From assembly GCA_037379345.1 (NCBI GenBank), contig CM074512.1:24180001-24244000 (forward strand): 64,000 bases of DNA. Direction: 5' to 3'. Position 1 is the first letter of the stretch. Every line of letters starts with the position of its first letter. Positions 28,588-41,327 of this stretch are shown here, piece after piece. The translations under genes were made by a program, and so were the position numbers. Under the pieces are notes generated by a model, which saw only the letters and a list, made by a program, of their open reading frames with translations, searched no databases and was not told the origin of the DNA. The stretch is from Perna viridis (Eukaryota).

Positions 28588-30994
28588 CACTATTGCCAAC
28601 CTCAAATTAACTTATATATTCTGAATGTGCATTACAATAGTTATTTAAAACTCTGCTAAATGTCGTTGATTCCATGATTCCGGCTGAACACCTTTAACTT
28701 TTATAAGTCCGGTTATTATGTTACAATTTTAAGAAATTACATTTTTAAGGCAATTTTCCGAGTAAGTGTCACGAATCAGTCACTTATTTTTTCCCTTTCA
28801 AAGGTCTCGGCATACATCTATTTCCATTCAGAAAACACATTATACTATTTTGTACTACAAAAGAAGTCGGTTCAACAATTTTGTTTCAAAATGTATGATA
28901 AAATAAGTGTCCAAAGTTTTTGTTACGCGTGTTTTCTGCAAAAAATAAATAAATAAATAAACTAAAATTGCATTACAAATAAAAATAAACCAACTGAAAA
29001 ATAGAAATCAAGAGTATACGCGCTCATATTTGCACTCTTTAGAAAATTTCAAGTCCCTAAATTAAATTACTCCATGTACAGATGTTAACGTGGTGACAAC
29101 ATCAGTTTTTGTACCGGAAATATCTTGTTTCTATAAGGCAGGTTGGCTAAAATTTCAAACAGATAATAAATATTGACAATTTTAGATGAAAAGTAGGAAC
29201 TTAAAAAAAGATGAAAAGATCAACAACTAATGTTCCTCATGAAGATCTGTTTGCTTATGTCAATCAACTTTCTGATGATGGGAAATTTGTGGTGTATCGT
29301 TAGATGTTGATTTTCCGAAATAAATATTGAGGGAGTGTCGATCGATTATTCTCAATGCGCCTTACACAAAGTTCTGCGTGTGCAGTCAAGATTGATTTTC
29401 TGAACGATTTCTGTTCTAAGGATTTAGTCGTGTCTTCCAAGACTTGACCCTTAAAGAAGACATATTCTATCAAAAAAAAAAGTTTTTTTGTGTAATATTC
29501 CTTTGAAATTTCTAAATTCATATATATTTTTGTAAAACAAACTCTTACACTGGTCACTGCCTTTAGTTATCAACGGCTTTAGTTGAGAGATCTATATTCA
29601 AAATGCTCTGTAATCTGCTGTCAAATTACTGCTGAAATGTAGAGTCAATGAGAACTATACAAATCGGAGTCTTGCGTATAATGTTGTGTATTCTTCTTAA
29701 AGTTTAAGCTGTCTGTTTTGATAAATATATTCTGAAGCTAGGGCAAAGCTATATGTATAGATTTTGGCCTGTGCCCATCAAATTTCGGTAGATTTCCTTC
29801 AGGATGAATTTGTGAGGGTCAAACATTACCGTTTCAAATGACGGGTGCTTGCTTTTGTGATTTTTTTTATCTTTAGGAAAAAGCTGTAACTTATCCGACT
29901 TTATCAGAATTCCCAAATCAATAATTCCACAAGTATTAGCTATCCAATATTTGAAATGGGGCCTAGTATAGTTGCAACAAATTCTTTCTGCATTCAGAAC
30001 TCTAAGCTCTGAGAAGGACACCTAAGAACTTAAAAAAAGAGCCTTGATTAATCCAACCAGGTGCTGCACCTTAGTTCTTTTCTTGACAGTATGAACAAAA
30101 TTAAAACATCAAAGCATATACCTAACGAATTATAAGGTGACTGTGTTTTATATCTAGAATCACATTCGTATATGGAAAACATTAATGATGCGTGAACCAG
30201 TTCATGTTGCTTTTTATTATCATAATTGTATTTTTTGTTGATCTTATTTAGAGGCCCCTAAGAATGATTTTTAGATTTGACCCTGAAATTGATTTAAAAC
30301 AATTTTTCTTTGTATTTATAATACTGAGAATATATTTTTTCTGAATAATCGAGATAAATGCCAGTATGATTTCGTCAAATATGCTTGCAATTGAAGCTCT
30401 TATTCGAAGAAGTACTTGAAAACGAACCCATAAAACAGCTTGACAAGTATTAATCCACTACAAAGATGTGATGCACTATCGGCGTTAAGATACAGATACG
30501 TTTTACGGAAGAAAATGAAACTGTGACAGCCTTGTAATGATCTAGATTTTCTTATCGATCGCTGCACAATCAATGTGCATATGTAGAACAGCCATTTCTA
30601 CGATTATTTTTAAATATTTGGAGCATTCAGTTTTAAACCTAGACGAGCTTGGTATTTTAGAAAATAAATATACTTGACTGGTTGAAATATTACATGCAGT
30701 TTCGGATAAGTCTGTCATTAACAAGTTCATCATGTGATCCCACAGTTTACTTGACCTCCTTTCCGCTATCATTTTCCGGAAGAGATTCTATCAATAATTC
30801 CATTGATAATCCAAGTCGAGTTGTCTCTATGAGTGCGTGCCAGAAACAGGCATAACATAATTGGTATAAGAAATATAGTAGTTAACATTCAACACAGCAG
30901 TAGTTCAGACAAACATTGATCTTGTCGCGTATAATAAACCACAGACAGAACATTAAATGGCATCATTAAGAATGACCAAGATACTAGTCGTCTC

Positions 30995-31007
30995 ATGGGT
31001 GTACTGG
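30995..31007 (+). CDS. Probable upstream coding exon of the bZIP gene (ATG GGT GTA CTG G|gtaatc)
   Basis: The phase-1 donor fits the acceptor ttgttacag|GC ATG at 31155 and gives MGVLG-MSSSNAEE. The intron would be 31008-31154. Confidence 0.45.
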
Positions 31008-31156
31008 GTAATCATAGAACTGGTGAAATGTATTTTTATGTACTGTAAATGAGCAAAAAAAAAAGATGGATTCAACCACCCTCTGAAGAATAATAATTAA
31101 AGTAGTACTCATCTATATAAAAAGTCACTGATTTTCTTATTCATATTGTTACAGGC

Positions 31157-32191
31157 ATGTCATCGTCAAATGCAGAAGAGCAAAGTTTCTCCAAGTTAAT
31201 GGCAGGTGCCCTGTTAATGGATAGTGACAATGATCTCTTGTTCAATTGGCCTGATGGTGCTACATCAACTAATGGATCGGCCTTTGTTAAGGCTGAAAGA
31301 TCTACTGACCATTTTCAATCGACATCCTGTATTGAACCTTGGTCTCTTCAGACACAAGTGCCAGACTTCTCAAATCACAGCAGCTATCCATATTTGCCAC
31401 AAAATAATGGACTTTTTCACGCTCAAGTGCCAAACGGACGGACGAATAACTTATTCGGACAAAATCACGATCTAGATAGCCTAAAGCCATTGCATGATCA
31501 GTTCAGACAAAAATATGGCAATTACTCGAACGAAAAATACCCTGATTTTAATGTTGCTTTGAAAGCGGAAATGTGTGATCGAAAATGGAAACAATGTTCC
31601 TTCAATTCAAGCACAGAACTATACGAAAACCTGAGCAAAAGTGTCAACAATAATTCAGCCGATGAAGCATATTCCCAAAAGTCTTTCAAACAGAGTGAAT
31701 CTGAACTGACACCACTGCGTATTCCACATCTTCAAGACGACCCACTAAAACGAAAACCATTCGAGTTCGTCGAATCTGACAGTGATTCAAAAGCAAGTGG
31801 AAGTGGTAGTGGGAGTAGGGTGGAAGATTGGGCTTCTGGAAACTCACCATCGACAATTCCACTAGATATAAATATAGATGAGATGGTGAACAGTGGTGTA
31901 ACTATTGCTGGTTATAAACCAAGAAAAATAATTTCTAAAAGAAAAAAATCAAGTATTCCTGTGGAATCTAAAGACAATGGTTATTGGGAAAAGAGAAAGA
32001 AAAACAACGACTCTGCTAGACGATCACGCGAAGCTAAGAAAGAGAAAGAGCGAAGCTTTTATAAAAGGGCTCTTGAACTTGAGTATGAAAACCATTATCT
32101 TAAAGAAAGAGTTCAATTTTTAGAGAGAAAGATTGAAACTTTAATGCACCAAAACCCAAATATATCAAATGGAGACAGTCAGACCACATAA
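31157..32191 (+). CDS. bZIP transcription factor of the PAR/giant/CES-2/NFIL3 group, 344 aa
   Basis: The only long ORF in the window. C-terminal KDNGYWEKRKKNNDSARRSREAKK basic region (cf. KDxxYWxRRxKNNxAAxRSR) followed by L-EYENHY-L-KERVQF-L-ERKIET-L heptads. The N-terminus is Ser/Asn-rich and low complexity. Orthology cannot be fixed by eye. Confidence 0.93.
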   Translation: MSSSNAEEQSFSKLMAGALLMDSDNDLLFNWPDGATSTNGSAFVKAERSTDHFQSTSCIEPWSLQTQVPDFSNHSSYPYLPQNNGLFHAQVPNGRTNNLFGQNHDLDSLKPLHDQFRQKYGNYSNEKYPDFNVALKAEMCDRKWKQCSFNSSTELYENLSKSVNNNSADEAYSQKSFKQSESELTPLRIPHLQDDPLKRKPFEFVESDSDSKASGSGSGSRVEDWASGNSPSTIPLDINIDEMVNSGVTIAGYKPRKIISKRKKSSIPVESKDNGYWEKRKKNNDSARRSREAKKEKERSFYKRALELEYENHYLKERVQFLERKIETLMHQNPNISNGDSQTT

Positions 32192-35100
32192 CTGTGACAA
32201 TATATTCATGTCGTTTCGTTGTGTTAGCGTTAATACGGAAACTTTCCGTCCATTGGCAGCAAGTGATTGAGAACACAGTTGGTCTTCCTGTCAGAGAAAT
32301 CCCGATGGTTTGTAAGCTACTTACTCCCAGAGACAATCTTATCAATAGCCAACCATATTGCAGCATTTAATGCTTGGTTGCTGGTTTTACAACGTGACTT
32401 TCTATGTTAACGGTAACAGCAAATTTTGGTGAAGACATATGTTGTAATTATGAATATTGATCCAAGTATTTTAAATTGACAAATTCATCGGCAAAGCAGC
32501 TTACGTACGTGTCAGTACGTGATTATGAAATGAATGTTAAATAAGTACTTTTTACCAAAACTTGCTGTTACATATTTTCTTCAACTTTGATTTCATAGAT
32601 TTGTGTTATAAAGGGTTGTTAAGTTAATTTAATTAGAGAATCATCTCCATATTCAAGTTTTCCTACAAAATTTGCTGATTTTTTAATAACTTAACTCTTT
32701 AAAATATCATTTTAAGGGGATAACCTAGACGGCAACTTATTACTTTATATTTGTATTGCAAACTTCTGAAAATATGTTCTCGGTATTGTGCTTTGATTTT
32801 GTGTATCTGTCTACCAACAGGCCGCATTTATACAGACCGTCATATTGTTTACTGGCACGAGTTTTTTTTCAACCGATTTCCATGAATATTTCTCAGCATA
32901 CTGTTTCTTTTTTTTATTTAAAAAAGATGGGTTCATAAGAAAGATAGATACATTTTAAGTTTATCGTACAATAGATAATAAGATATGAACATCGGAGAGT
33001 TGTTTGTATCAGTACGGTATGGACCACTAACGATATAGGATACTTGACTTGCTCAAATGGCATTCATGTTGATGTTGTTTAAAGTATATTAAGATGTTTA
33101 GATTTGTTAACACTATACATAACTATGTTTTGACTGTAAATGTGTAAATATAGTCCTCAGATTGTAGGCTTTGCATCTTTTACGTTCAACATTCATCCTT
33201 GTGTGTAATTTTTTTTCTCGGGTCAAACCTGATTTTTCCTGACAATATTTACAACTTGGTGCACATTTTCCCCCTTATATGCTTATTGTCATTTTACATA
33301 AGGTGAGATTTTTATTCTGTCACACTTCTAATATTTACAGTTTCATGCCAAATTTATCTTTTAATATCATGTATAGAAAATAAAGATTCATTTCCCATCG
33401 TAAACTTCATTCTAGAAACACTTTTATTACCAATTTTAAATACTGAATTCTTCGTTTCAATGATTTTGCAACGAATAGTAATATACTTTTCAGTTGCAGT
33501 GAACTTATAGTATTTAGTTCCAAAAAGGTTTTAGCAGGAATAAACATTGATTTTTTTAATGCTCAAATGTAAAAATTAAATATTTGCAATAACAGATACC
33601 CCTTAAATTCCAAATGCTGTTCACTATAGTATATATTTGAAGCAGTGCATGGACTTTGTCAAATGTTTTAATTCCTGTGTTATGTTTGGTTGTGTTGGCA
33701 ATATTACTGTAGATAAACACTTTTTTCGTTAAGAAATGTGCAATAATTTTTCATGATTTTTGTGTAAAGTGCTGCTATTATTTCGATTTTGTCTTTTTTC
33801 ATGCATCAAATGCACGGAGTCTATTGAGTCTAACTTTTTTTTTATAATAGACTTTGTTCCACTGGAACTAAAAACGATTGTTTATGTATTTTGCTTGTAA
33901 CAGATTATTTTGATCTTTAATAGACTTTTTTATTGGTGGCATAACTTGAAGCCATTTTACACATTTTGGGATTTTTATGATGACTGTTCAGAAGCTTGTA
34001 TAGCAGTATACACTATTTTCTATTTTCTTAATTTTGTTAATATCGTAACCGAAAAGGGGAATATGCTTTAACTTCGGGACATTTTTGTCCGTTTTACCTG
34101 CTTTTATCATATGAATAAGTGAATGTCCCATTTTTAAAAATTAGAACAAAATTTTAGTTTCAAATCGATTTCAGATGCAATATGATTAAGTTGGTGCTAA
34201 TAAAATGTTTGTGTATGCACTCAAAGGGAGGCAAATCATACACATAAAGTAGTCAATTATAGTTATTGAACTTTTACTTAGTGAACTTTGCGATGCTTAT
34301 GGTAAAAAACTTTCGTTATAAAAGAAAAACGTTTATCTGCTAAATCCCATCATATAGTATCCTATGGTAAGTATGATTTTTTTTCTACAAAACTAAACAC
34401 ATCTTTTGTTTTGTTTTATCAAAGAATATTTGAAATGTTAAAATTTGTTTTCATTTTCATTCAATGAACAGTTCTAATGTTGATTTTAAGTTGTTCGTTT
34501 GCATACATCATTTGATAAAAGCACAGATGACAGAATCAAAACCTTAACGAAATATTTGTTGTTGAAGTTGTATTTTACCATACATGGTTATGTTATGACA
34601 AGTCACAAATTGAATGGAAAGAAGTATCAGTAAACGCCATTGAGAACTGTTTTAGCAATTTCATATAGTTGTGCCCTACCTTTGTTTTAACAATGCAAAA
34701 GAGGTTAAAATGAAAAAAAAGATGCTATTTTCGAAAGTGCCAAATTTAATTGTCGAATTTCCAAGGTTGCAGTCTTATTTTTTTTTATTTCGCTGCAAGA
34801 TAAATTAACATATGCCTGGACAGTCTTTAGATACAAACTTTATGTTCATGTTGTGAAGCATTTAAAATGCCACAGATTAACCAGAACATTATTGGTGATG
34901 GGAAATCTTCAAAAGTGACCCGGTGATATGTATTTCCAAATGGAGGTTTATATGTATGTATTGTATATGTTATTGTACTCTGAATTTGATTGTGGTTTGT
35001 TGTTTTTGTGTTTTGTTTGTTGTACATATTGCTTGGTTGCAAAGCAACACTTTTGCAATAGCATATTGTCTTTAACTTTTCCTTCATCAACGGTACAAAC

Positions 35101-36780
35101 AGATCCAATAAACATGTCAGTGTTCAGTATAGCTTAAAGCATGTAATTAACAATGTACAGATCTATGCAAATATATTTAGCTTAAAAAAGAGCCTAAAAG
35201 GTTGCATTAAAAGCTTTGCATTTAGCACATATTCCATTGTATGTCTACTTATACAAGGGAATTTATAGTGAATATTTTGAATCAGTTTATGATATTCTGA
35301 ATTATTCAAAATTAGGTTTTGACAATTAACTGTGTAGAAATTAAGATTTGTGAACCATTTATGCCCGGTGTACTGCATTGAAGCGTTATTTTTTAAAAGA
35401 CTTAATTTTTTTAATTTTTTTATACATTTGATTAGGATAGTTTATCCATTTAATTTTATCTTTGATAACCAAAGAAATTACAGTTAAAGTGACATGGAAA
35501 CTACGTCAACGTAAAATTAAACTAATACTTCAGAAATGATACTCTAAATAACCTACAACAATCGATTTAACTTGGTTTCAACATCATTCTGTGAGCATGC
35601 TGATCTATGTTTATTCATACTTCCTATCCTTTTTTTTCAGTTTGAGGTGATGCATTTAGCACATGAATAAAATTTATTGTGGTTGTGTCTTTTGCATGCT
35701 AGCTTAATAGGAAATGATTAACCATCAACAATGTGAAATAGATTTCATGATATAGAGTGCTATTTTTATATTTTGTTGGCGAATTGTAAAACAATTTTTT
35801 TGCCATTTGTAGCTTCATGTTTCATCGTTTAATAAAGTAATACTTTACAACTCTCTGATTCTGTATCATGATGTACAATAGTACACTATTGCCCTGTGTT
35901 GTAAGTTGCGTACTTTGATCGGCAATGGAATTTTGTCAATGTGCTATTACCTTTGTCTCGGTGCCGAATATCATTACGAACTCGTGGTCTAGTTCCACAT
36001 TCTGACAACTCTTTATTACATCATCTATTTCTCTGTTAGATAATTATTCTGTCTAACATATTGTGTCTAACATTTAATTATAATCCAAGCGATTCTGGAC
36101 ATTATAAATAAAATCCATGTGAAAAATCTACTTCACTAAAAAAGTGTGTTTTAAATTCTGGCTTATGCCTTCGTTCTCTTGCATGTTTCATCCACCTCAT
36201 ATTCGAATGTTAGTACTGGAGTTCTCAATGTACTAATTATATAGAATAAATACTTTATTATTTTCTTTTATTTCATTCTCATAGTAATTCCCTATTAAGT
36301 TCGTTGTTCTAAAGCTTTTTGCATAACGGTGGATATTTCATGTTGCCTAACAAAACTTAGATTTGCAGCAAAACAGATGAACTCATTATTGATAAAAACG
36401 CCAAGAAGATTATTGTCAATGTGTTCAAATCCGGCTTTTTTCATATCATTTCAATGATTGGTGTATATGTTCGTTTTCTTTGGAGACCACCGTTGACTTG
36501 ATGCTGATTCGTATCCACGGTTGAACGGCGCCTGGGTTTCTCATTTGACAATTTTCACTCGTTTGTGCTCGCTTACAGTTGCTGTTTTGTTGTTTTTTCA
36601 TTTATGCTTTTTATCCACTCATTCGTCGTCCCTCGACATTCGAGTTTTCCGTTCGGTTTTTTTCTTGATTTCACTTTCCGTAATTATTGCTGTCATTATT
36701 TGCCTTTCGTGAGCATACTGTATTCACATAAACAGTCCAACTTGAAGATATGTACACGATACTATTCAATACGGGTATTA

Positions 36781-37880
36781 TAGTACGTGGGCTGAGATAC
36801 ACCCCCCTGCACCCCCACCTGTCAACCAAAATATGATTCTCAGGTACCCTTATTCCTCCCATTCCTCCCTTATTCGTACAAAACGAAGGAAACTGACATA
36901 TAAATGTATCGTCATCATGTAGCCCAATATCTTTAGTATTTATCTCAATTAGCTTTACAATAGTACCAAGAATGTAGGGTTTTGGGGTAAAATGAAAAAA
37001 AAAGTGTACCCCTACCCCACCGAAAATATGTCAAAACCCCTAGAGTACTTATGCATCAGGAAAAATGGCTTATTTGGTATTTTCTGTTTAGTATTATCAC
37101 AATTCTTTTGATGAATTTTGGCAATTTTCGTGGTCAGAATTCATCAAAAAAATGCGAAAAATGGGATTTTCCATTTTTTCCGTAAAAAGTCACATAAATT
37201 CGACTATATAGGTTACTGCTCGACTGAAACGTCTCCAATTTTTATGTTGAAAATTGAATTATCTATCGAATGATACCAAATTTGAGACGTTTAGTTGAGC
37301 AATAACTTGTAGAGTCGAATTTATGTGACTTTTTACTGAAAAATCGAAAATCTCGTTTTTCGCATTGTTGATAAATTCTGACTACGAAAATCGCTAAAAT
37401 TTATCAAAAGAACCCCAGAAGAACTAATTGTGATAATACTAAACAGGAAATACCAAATAAGTCATTTTTACAGAAGCATAAATACACTAGGGGTTTTAAC
37501 ATGGAAAATATGTCAATATAACAATTTTTCGGTGGGGTAAGGGTACATTTTTTTTCATTTTACCCCATAACCCTAAGTGTTACCGCAATTTTCTTGCTGG
37601 TATTGTAAAGCTGTGACATTGGGCTACATAATGATACCAAAATTTATATGTTTGTTCAAACACGCTGTCCGAGGAAGGCTTAGACGCTCAAACAATTGAG
37701 TCACAAAAATCTTCGCTTTTTGACCCAGTGGAGTACAAACATAGGTTTATACTGAAAAAGAATCCGAGAATATTCTTTGGCGACAAATTGATTCAGTAAT
37801 GGAGGGTATAAAGGTTCCTAAAAATCACCATGACGTTGATGAGTGGGGGTGCACAATGGACCCTCCCAGCTCATGGACTG
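36781..37880. mobile_element. 1.1-kb non-autonomous foldback DNA transposon, Academ-like
   Basis: Ends tagtacgtgggctg / cagctcatggactg, flanked by 3-bp tta on both sides. Almost the whole element is self-complementary (e.g. 36975-37240 vs 37275-37575). TAG-type ends, 3-bp TSD and long TIRs fit Academ. Confidence 0.75.
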
Positions 37881-38530
37881 TTACTGTGCTCCTTATAAAA
37901 CGACGAACCCTTACGTGTCAGTATCTGTAAGAATCAGGCAGCGGGTGAAACACGGTATGAAAAAACCCATCATTTTGATGGTTTGATTTGACTATTTTCT
38001 CCATCAGAATCAAGGAAAATAGACAAGATTTTCTAAATCATGCAGGCCCATTGAGTTACAATTTCATTGACATGCAATGAAAATGAACATTTCAAGGGCA
38101 GCTAACTCTGTCAAAAACCTCATTTTTCTAACATTCTATTGAAAAATTTCTGAGCAAAGCCAGTGATGCAGAGATCAAATAATGGTCTTTTCTAATAGAG
38201 AAGGTATCCGTGAGTGGTATTACATTTTCAGATCGGTGGGGTTTCAACATGCATGTTTCTGATTTTTCCTGATCCTTACAAACACTTACAGTTAAAACAT
38301 AAAAAAAAATGTTAGTTTCTATAGGAATAAGAATTTAATGCAAATTCTATAATCCATGCCAAATTCGCGTGTTTAGACAAAATAATTTATATTGGTCTTT
38401 TCAGTAAACAATACAACCATTTTATTTCTTAAAATTTCGTTCGGGTATAATTTTATACAACACAAACTTCCATTTTGAATCTCCCATCAATTTATATTTT
38501 ACAGTGAACACATTTTTGGACCGTAATGTT

Positions 38531-38619
38531 CACAGGCGCTTGTTTCGTATAAAAAAATAAAAATAATTAGAGGGAGTATACTTATTACTTTTATTTTTTA
38601 TACGAAACTAGCGCCTGTG
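38531..38619. mobile_element. 89-bp MITE with 8-bp TSD (hAT/P-type)
   Basis: TIRs cacaggcgcttgtttcgtataaaaaa / ttttttatacgaaactagcgcctgtg. gtaatgtt is duplicated at 38523-38530 and 38620-38627. Confidence 0.9.
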
Positions 38620-38954
38620 GTAATGTTGCTTTTAACAGAGCTTCTTCATTGCTGACTTTTCATGTTTAAAACAAAAATATGGATATACTAGTATTCTTCC
38701 AATGATTTAGTGGTATTGGTTTTTATTTTGTTTTGTTTTTGTTTTTGTTTTTTTTTTTGTGTGTAGCTCAAGTTCCTGTTTCTTTTTAGTGACATTGTGT
38801 CAATTTGTAAAAAGTATTAGCCAGGTTAATTGAATGCAATTTTATAACTTTTTTTTAGTTTGAATAACGTTTGTAAATGCACTCTATTAGTATGCTTATT
38901 TTGAACGAACCATCCTTTTTAATTTATTTTCAAAAGATTCCAGTCAAAACAAAG

Positions 38955-39063
38955 GTTTGAATCGCGAACCAATCAATGTTAATGACGTCACAATATCAAG
39001 TTTACAACCAATACAAGAGAACTAACCAATCAGGAGGCATATTACAAATCAAATTAGATTATT
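38955..39063. mobile_element. Second copy of the CCAAT/TGACGTCA-rich dispersed repeat
   Basis: Matches 1560-1690. Confidence 0.5.
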
Positions 39064-40561
39064 CTCTCTTACAACATTTTTTCTAATGTTTTGTTTGTAA
39101 CATATTTTTGAGCAAGTGCTTTTGGACGACCTTCGACATGATCATTATCAAGAGTAATCAAGGAAACCAAAATTCTAGCGGAAATCAAAAGAATGTAATC
39201 CAGGTACAAAGACCAGACATGGAAAACAGACACTCACAACAAAGTAAATAAAATAACCAAAATAATATATACAAAGTAACAAAAGTATATGAGCAACTCG
39301 GAATCCACTAAAAACTGTGATCACGGACCAGTTGTATCAGTAGGTTAAGCCTCCTCTACTAGAAAGACCCACCAAGTTGCTCATTAAAAGTCAAGTACAG
39401 GGTAGACGAAAGAGGAAAGGAAAACTATGACACGCTGAACAAGTCAGTTTTCATGGTGCAGATGGATACACCGTAACGATCCATGAGTTGACGATGACGA
39501 CCATAAACTTCTGTAGTGATGACTTCAATATTGTAGCAACGTAATCCTGTTCCTGAAGCGTACAGTTTTGTCAATAGAATTCCTTTATCATGTAGGTCAA
39601 GGCTGACTTCGCAGTGTCTGTATATCTTTAAGGTTATACATTTTCAGTCACATCTGTAAACAGATGCTGGCTGGCAGTCTTGGTTTACGGACCGATTTTT
39701 CTTACATGCTTGAATGTGCGCTATTTCATCTAATGACTTTGGATCAACTGCATTTAATCCTCGGAAACATACTGTCCTTAAGTTAACAAGGTCATCCTCT
39801 GAATAATAGATTTCAAAATGCCATCTTATGAAAATATTTTATACGAATTTGGAATCGTTGATAGTATTGATATCCAGAATTTTACAAGGAAAAATGTGAC
39901 TTTTTACCCACAGTACAACCAACAGCGTAGTGTTTTTTGGTAACTTGTGGTTCTATTTCATAACGAATACGTCGGCATTTAGCTTCTCGCAAATAATGGA
40001 CAGCTGCATTGTCTCGAATGACACTGTGTTCAAACACTTTAACATAGAATTGTACCTTGTAACAGAAAGAACAAACTTTTCTCTTTCATATTTCTGTGGC
40101 AGGTGATTTTCATATTCACATGATTTTCGTTTTTTTGTTTTGTTTTCACAGTTGTCAAGTTTAATTTTTGTTGTGATTTTAGGTAAATATGTGAGCAACA
40201 CTTTTGATCTATGTTTAAAGGATTAAGGTTTACTATAAGTGATAATTGGTTTAAAACCATAAGATAATGAAATACATAAAAATCTTTAATTTGACTGTCT
40301 AACTTATAGAATCATAAACACGGAAATTTAATAATGAAAAAAAAGTATTTCGATATACCAGGAAACATTCATAAGCACATAAAAGACTTTGTCTTTGATA
40401 TTTTCAAACTGTAAGCCAGTAGGATCCACAATTCCCCTAGTACAAATTGGAATTGTAATTTCACCTGAGAGAAATTAGAATTCCAATTTGACCTAGAAGT
40501 ATTCCAAGAGACAAGTATGGAAACGCATATGGTACACCCCTTGTAAGGATGCGTTTCCATA

Positions 40562-41060
40562 GACAAGACAAGACAAGTTTATTTTGCTAACTCAGGCACA
40601 ATTAAGTGCTACAAGAGCAATATATAAACAAGTACTTAACAATGTGGCAAACAGTAAGAAAGTAAACATGGATATGGAAATCAACAATGTGGCAAACAGT
40701 AAGAAAGTAAACGTGGATATCAGGAAATCAACAATGTGGCAAACAGTAAGAAAGTAAACATGGATATCAGGAAATCAGGAAATCAACAAGTGGCGAACAG
40801 TAAGAAAGTAAACATGGATATCAGGAAATCAACAATGTGGCAAACAGTAAAAAGTAAACATGGATATGGAAATCAACAATGTGGCAAACAGTAAGAAAGT
40901 AAACATGGATATCAGGAAATCAACAATGTGGCACAGTAAGAAAGTAAACATGGATATGGAAATCAACAATGTGGCAAACAGTAAGAAAGTAAACATGAAT
41001 ATCAGGAAATCAACAATGTGGCAAACAGTAAGAAAGTAAACATGGATATCAACAATGTGA
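40562..41060 (-). mobile_element. LINE 3' end (AATAAA plus (CTTGT)n tail on - strand) whose 3' UTR holds a 45/47-bp minisatellite (~9 copies, 40638-41060)
   Basis: gacaagacaagacaagtttattt at 40562-40584. Unit aacaatgtggcaaacagtaagaaagtaaacatggatat(ca)ggaaatc. The tandem array is certain; the LINE origin is inferred. Confidence 0.65.
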
Positions 41061-41249
41061 AAACATTGTTTTCTAGTTACCTTAAAAATATACATAAAAT
41101 CTGTACTGAGGCGAAATTTATCGATTCATCGAATACCAAAAGCTCGGTAACTGAATAAAATGGTCACGTTTCCCTTCGTTTTGTCTGTGTTTTACCTGGA
41201 AAGATTTGGGATTCTAATTATAATTTCTAATTAATTTTTAATTAATTAA

Positions 41250-41273
41250 TTAATAATAATAATAATAATAATA
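41250..41273. repeat. (TAA)n microsatellite at the 3' junction of the Penelope-like element
   Basis: taataataataataataataata directly abuts the element end. Confidence 0.9.
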
Positions 41274-41327
41274 TCTGTCAATAAAAATCCAACACGATCA
41301 GATTTTCACAATATATTTAGGTATTCA

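Noticed and set aside
37662-37702. Hammerhead-like remnant (gtccgaggaaggcttagacgctcaaacaattga)
   Set aside because: It lacks U4 and G12 of the core and a convincing stem I. At best a decayed relic.
38965-39035. Three CCAAT boxes plus a perfect CRE (TGACGTCA) suggesting a promoter
   Set aside because: The same block occurs at 1560-1690 as part of a dispersed repeat, and no adjacent gene start was found.
40516-40561. 13-bp inverted repeat tatggaaacgcat/atgcgtttccata
   Set aside because: Short, with no TSD and no second copy in the window. It cannot be assigned.
40638-41060. Second CRISPR-like array / ORF 40829-41095
   Set aside because: Head-to-tail 45/47-bp units without spacers. The ORF is a by-product of the repeat.
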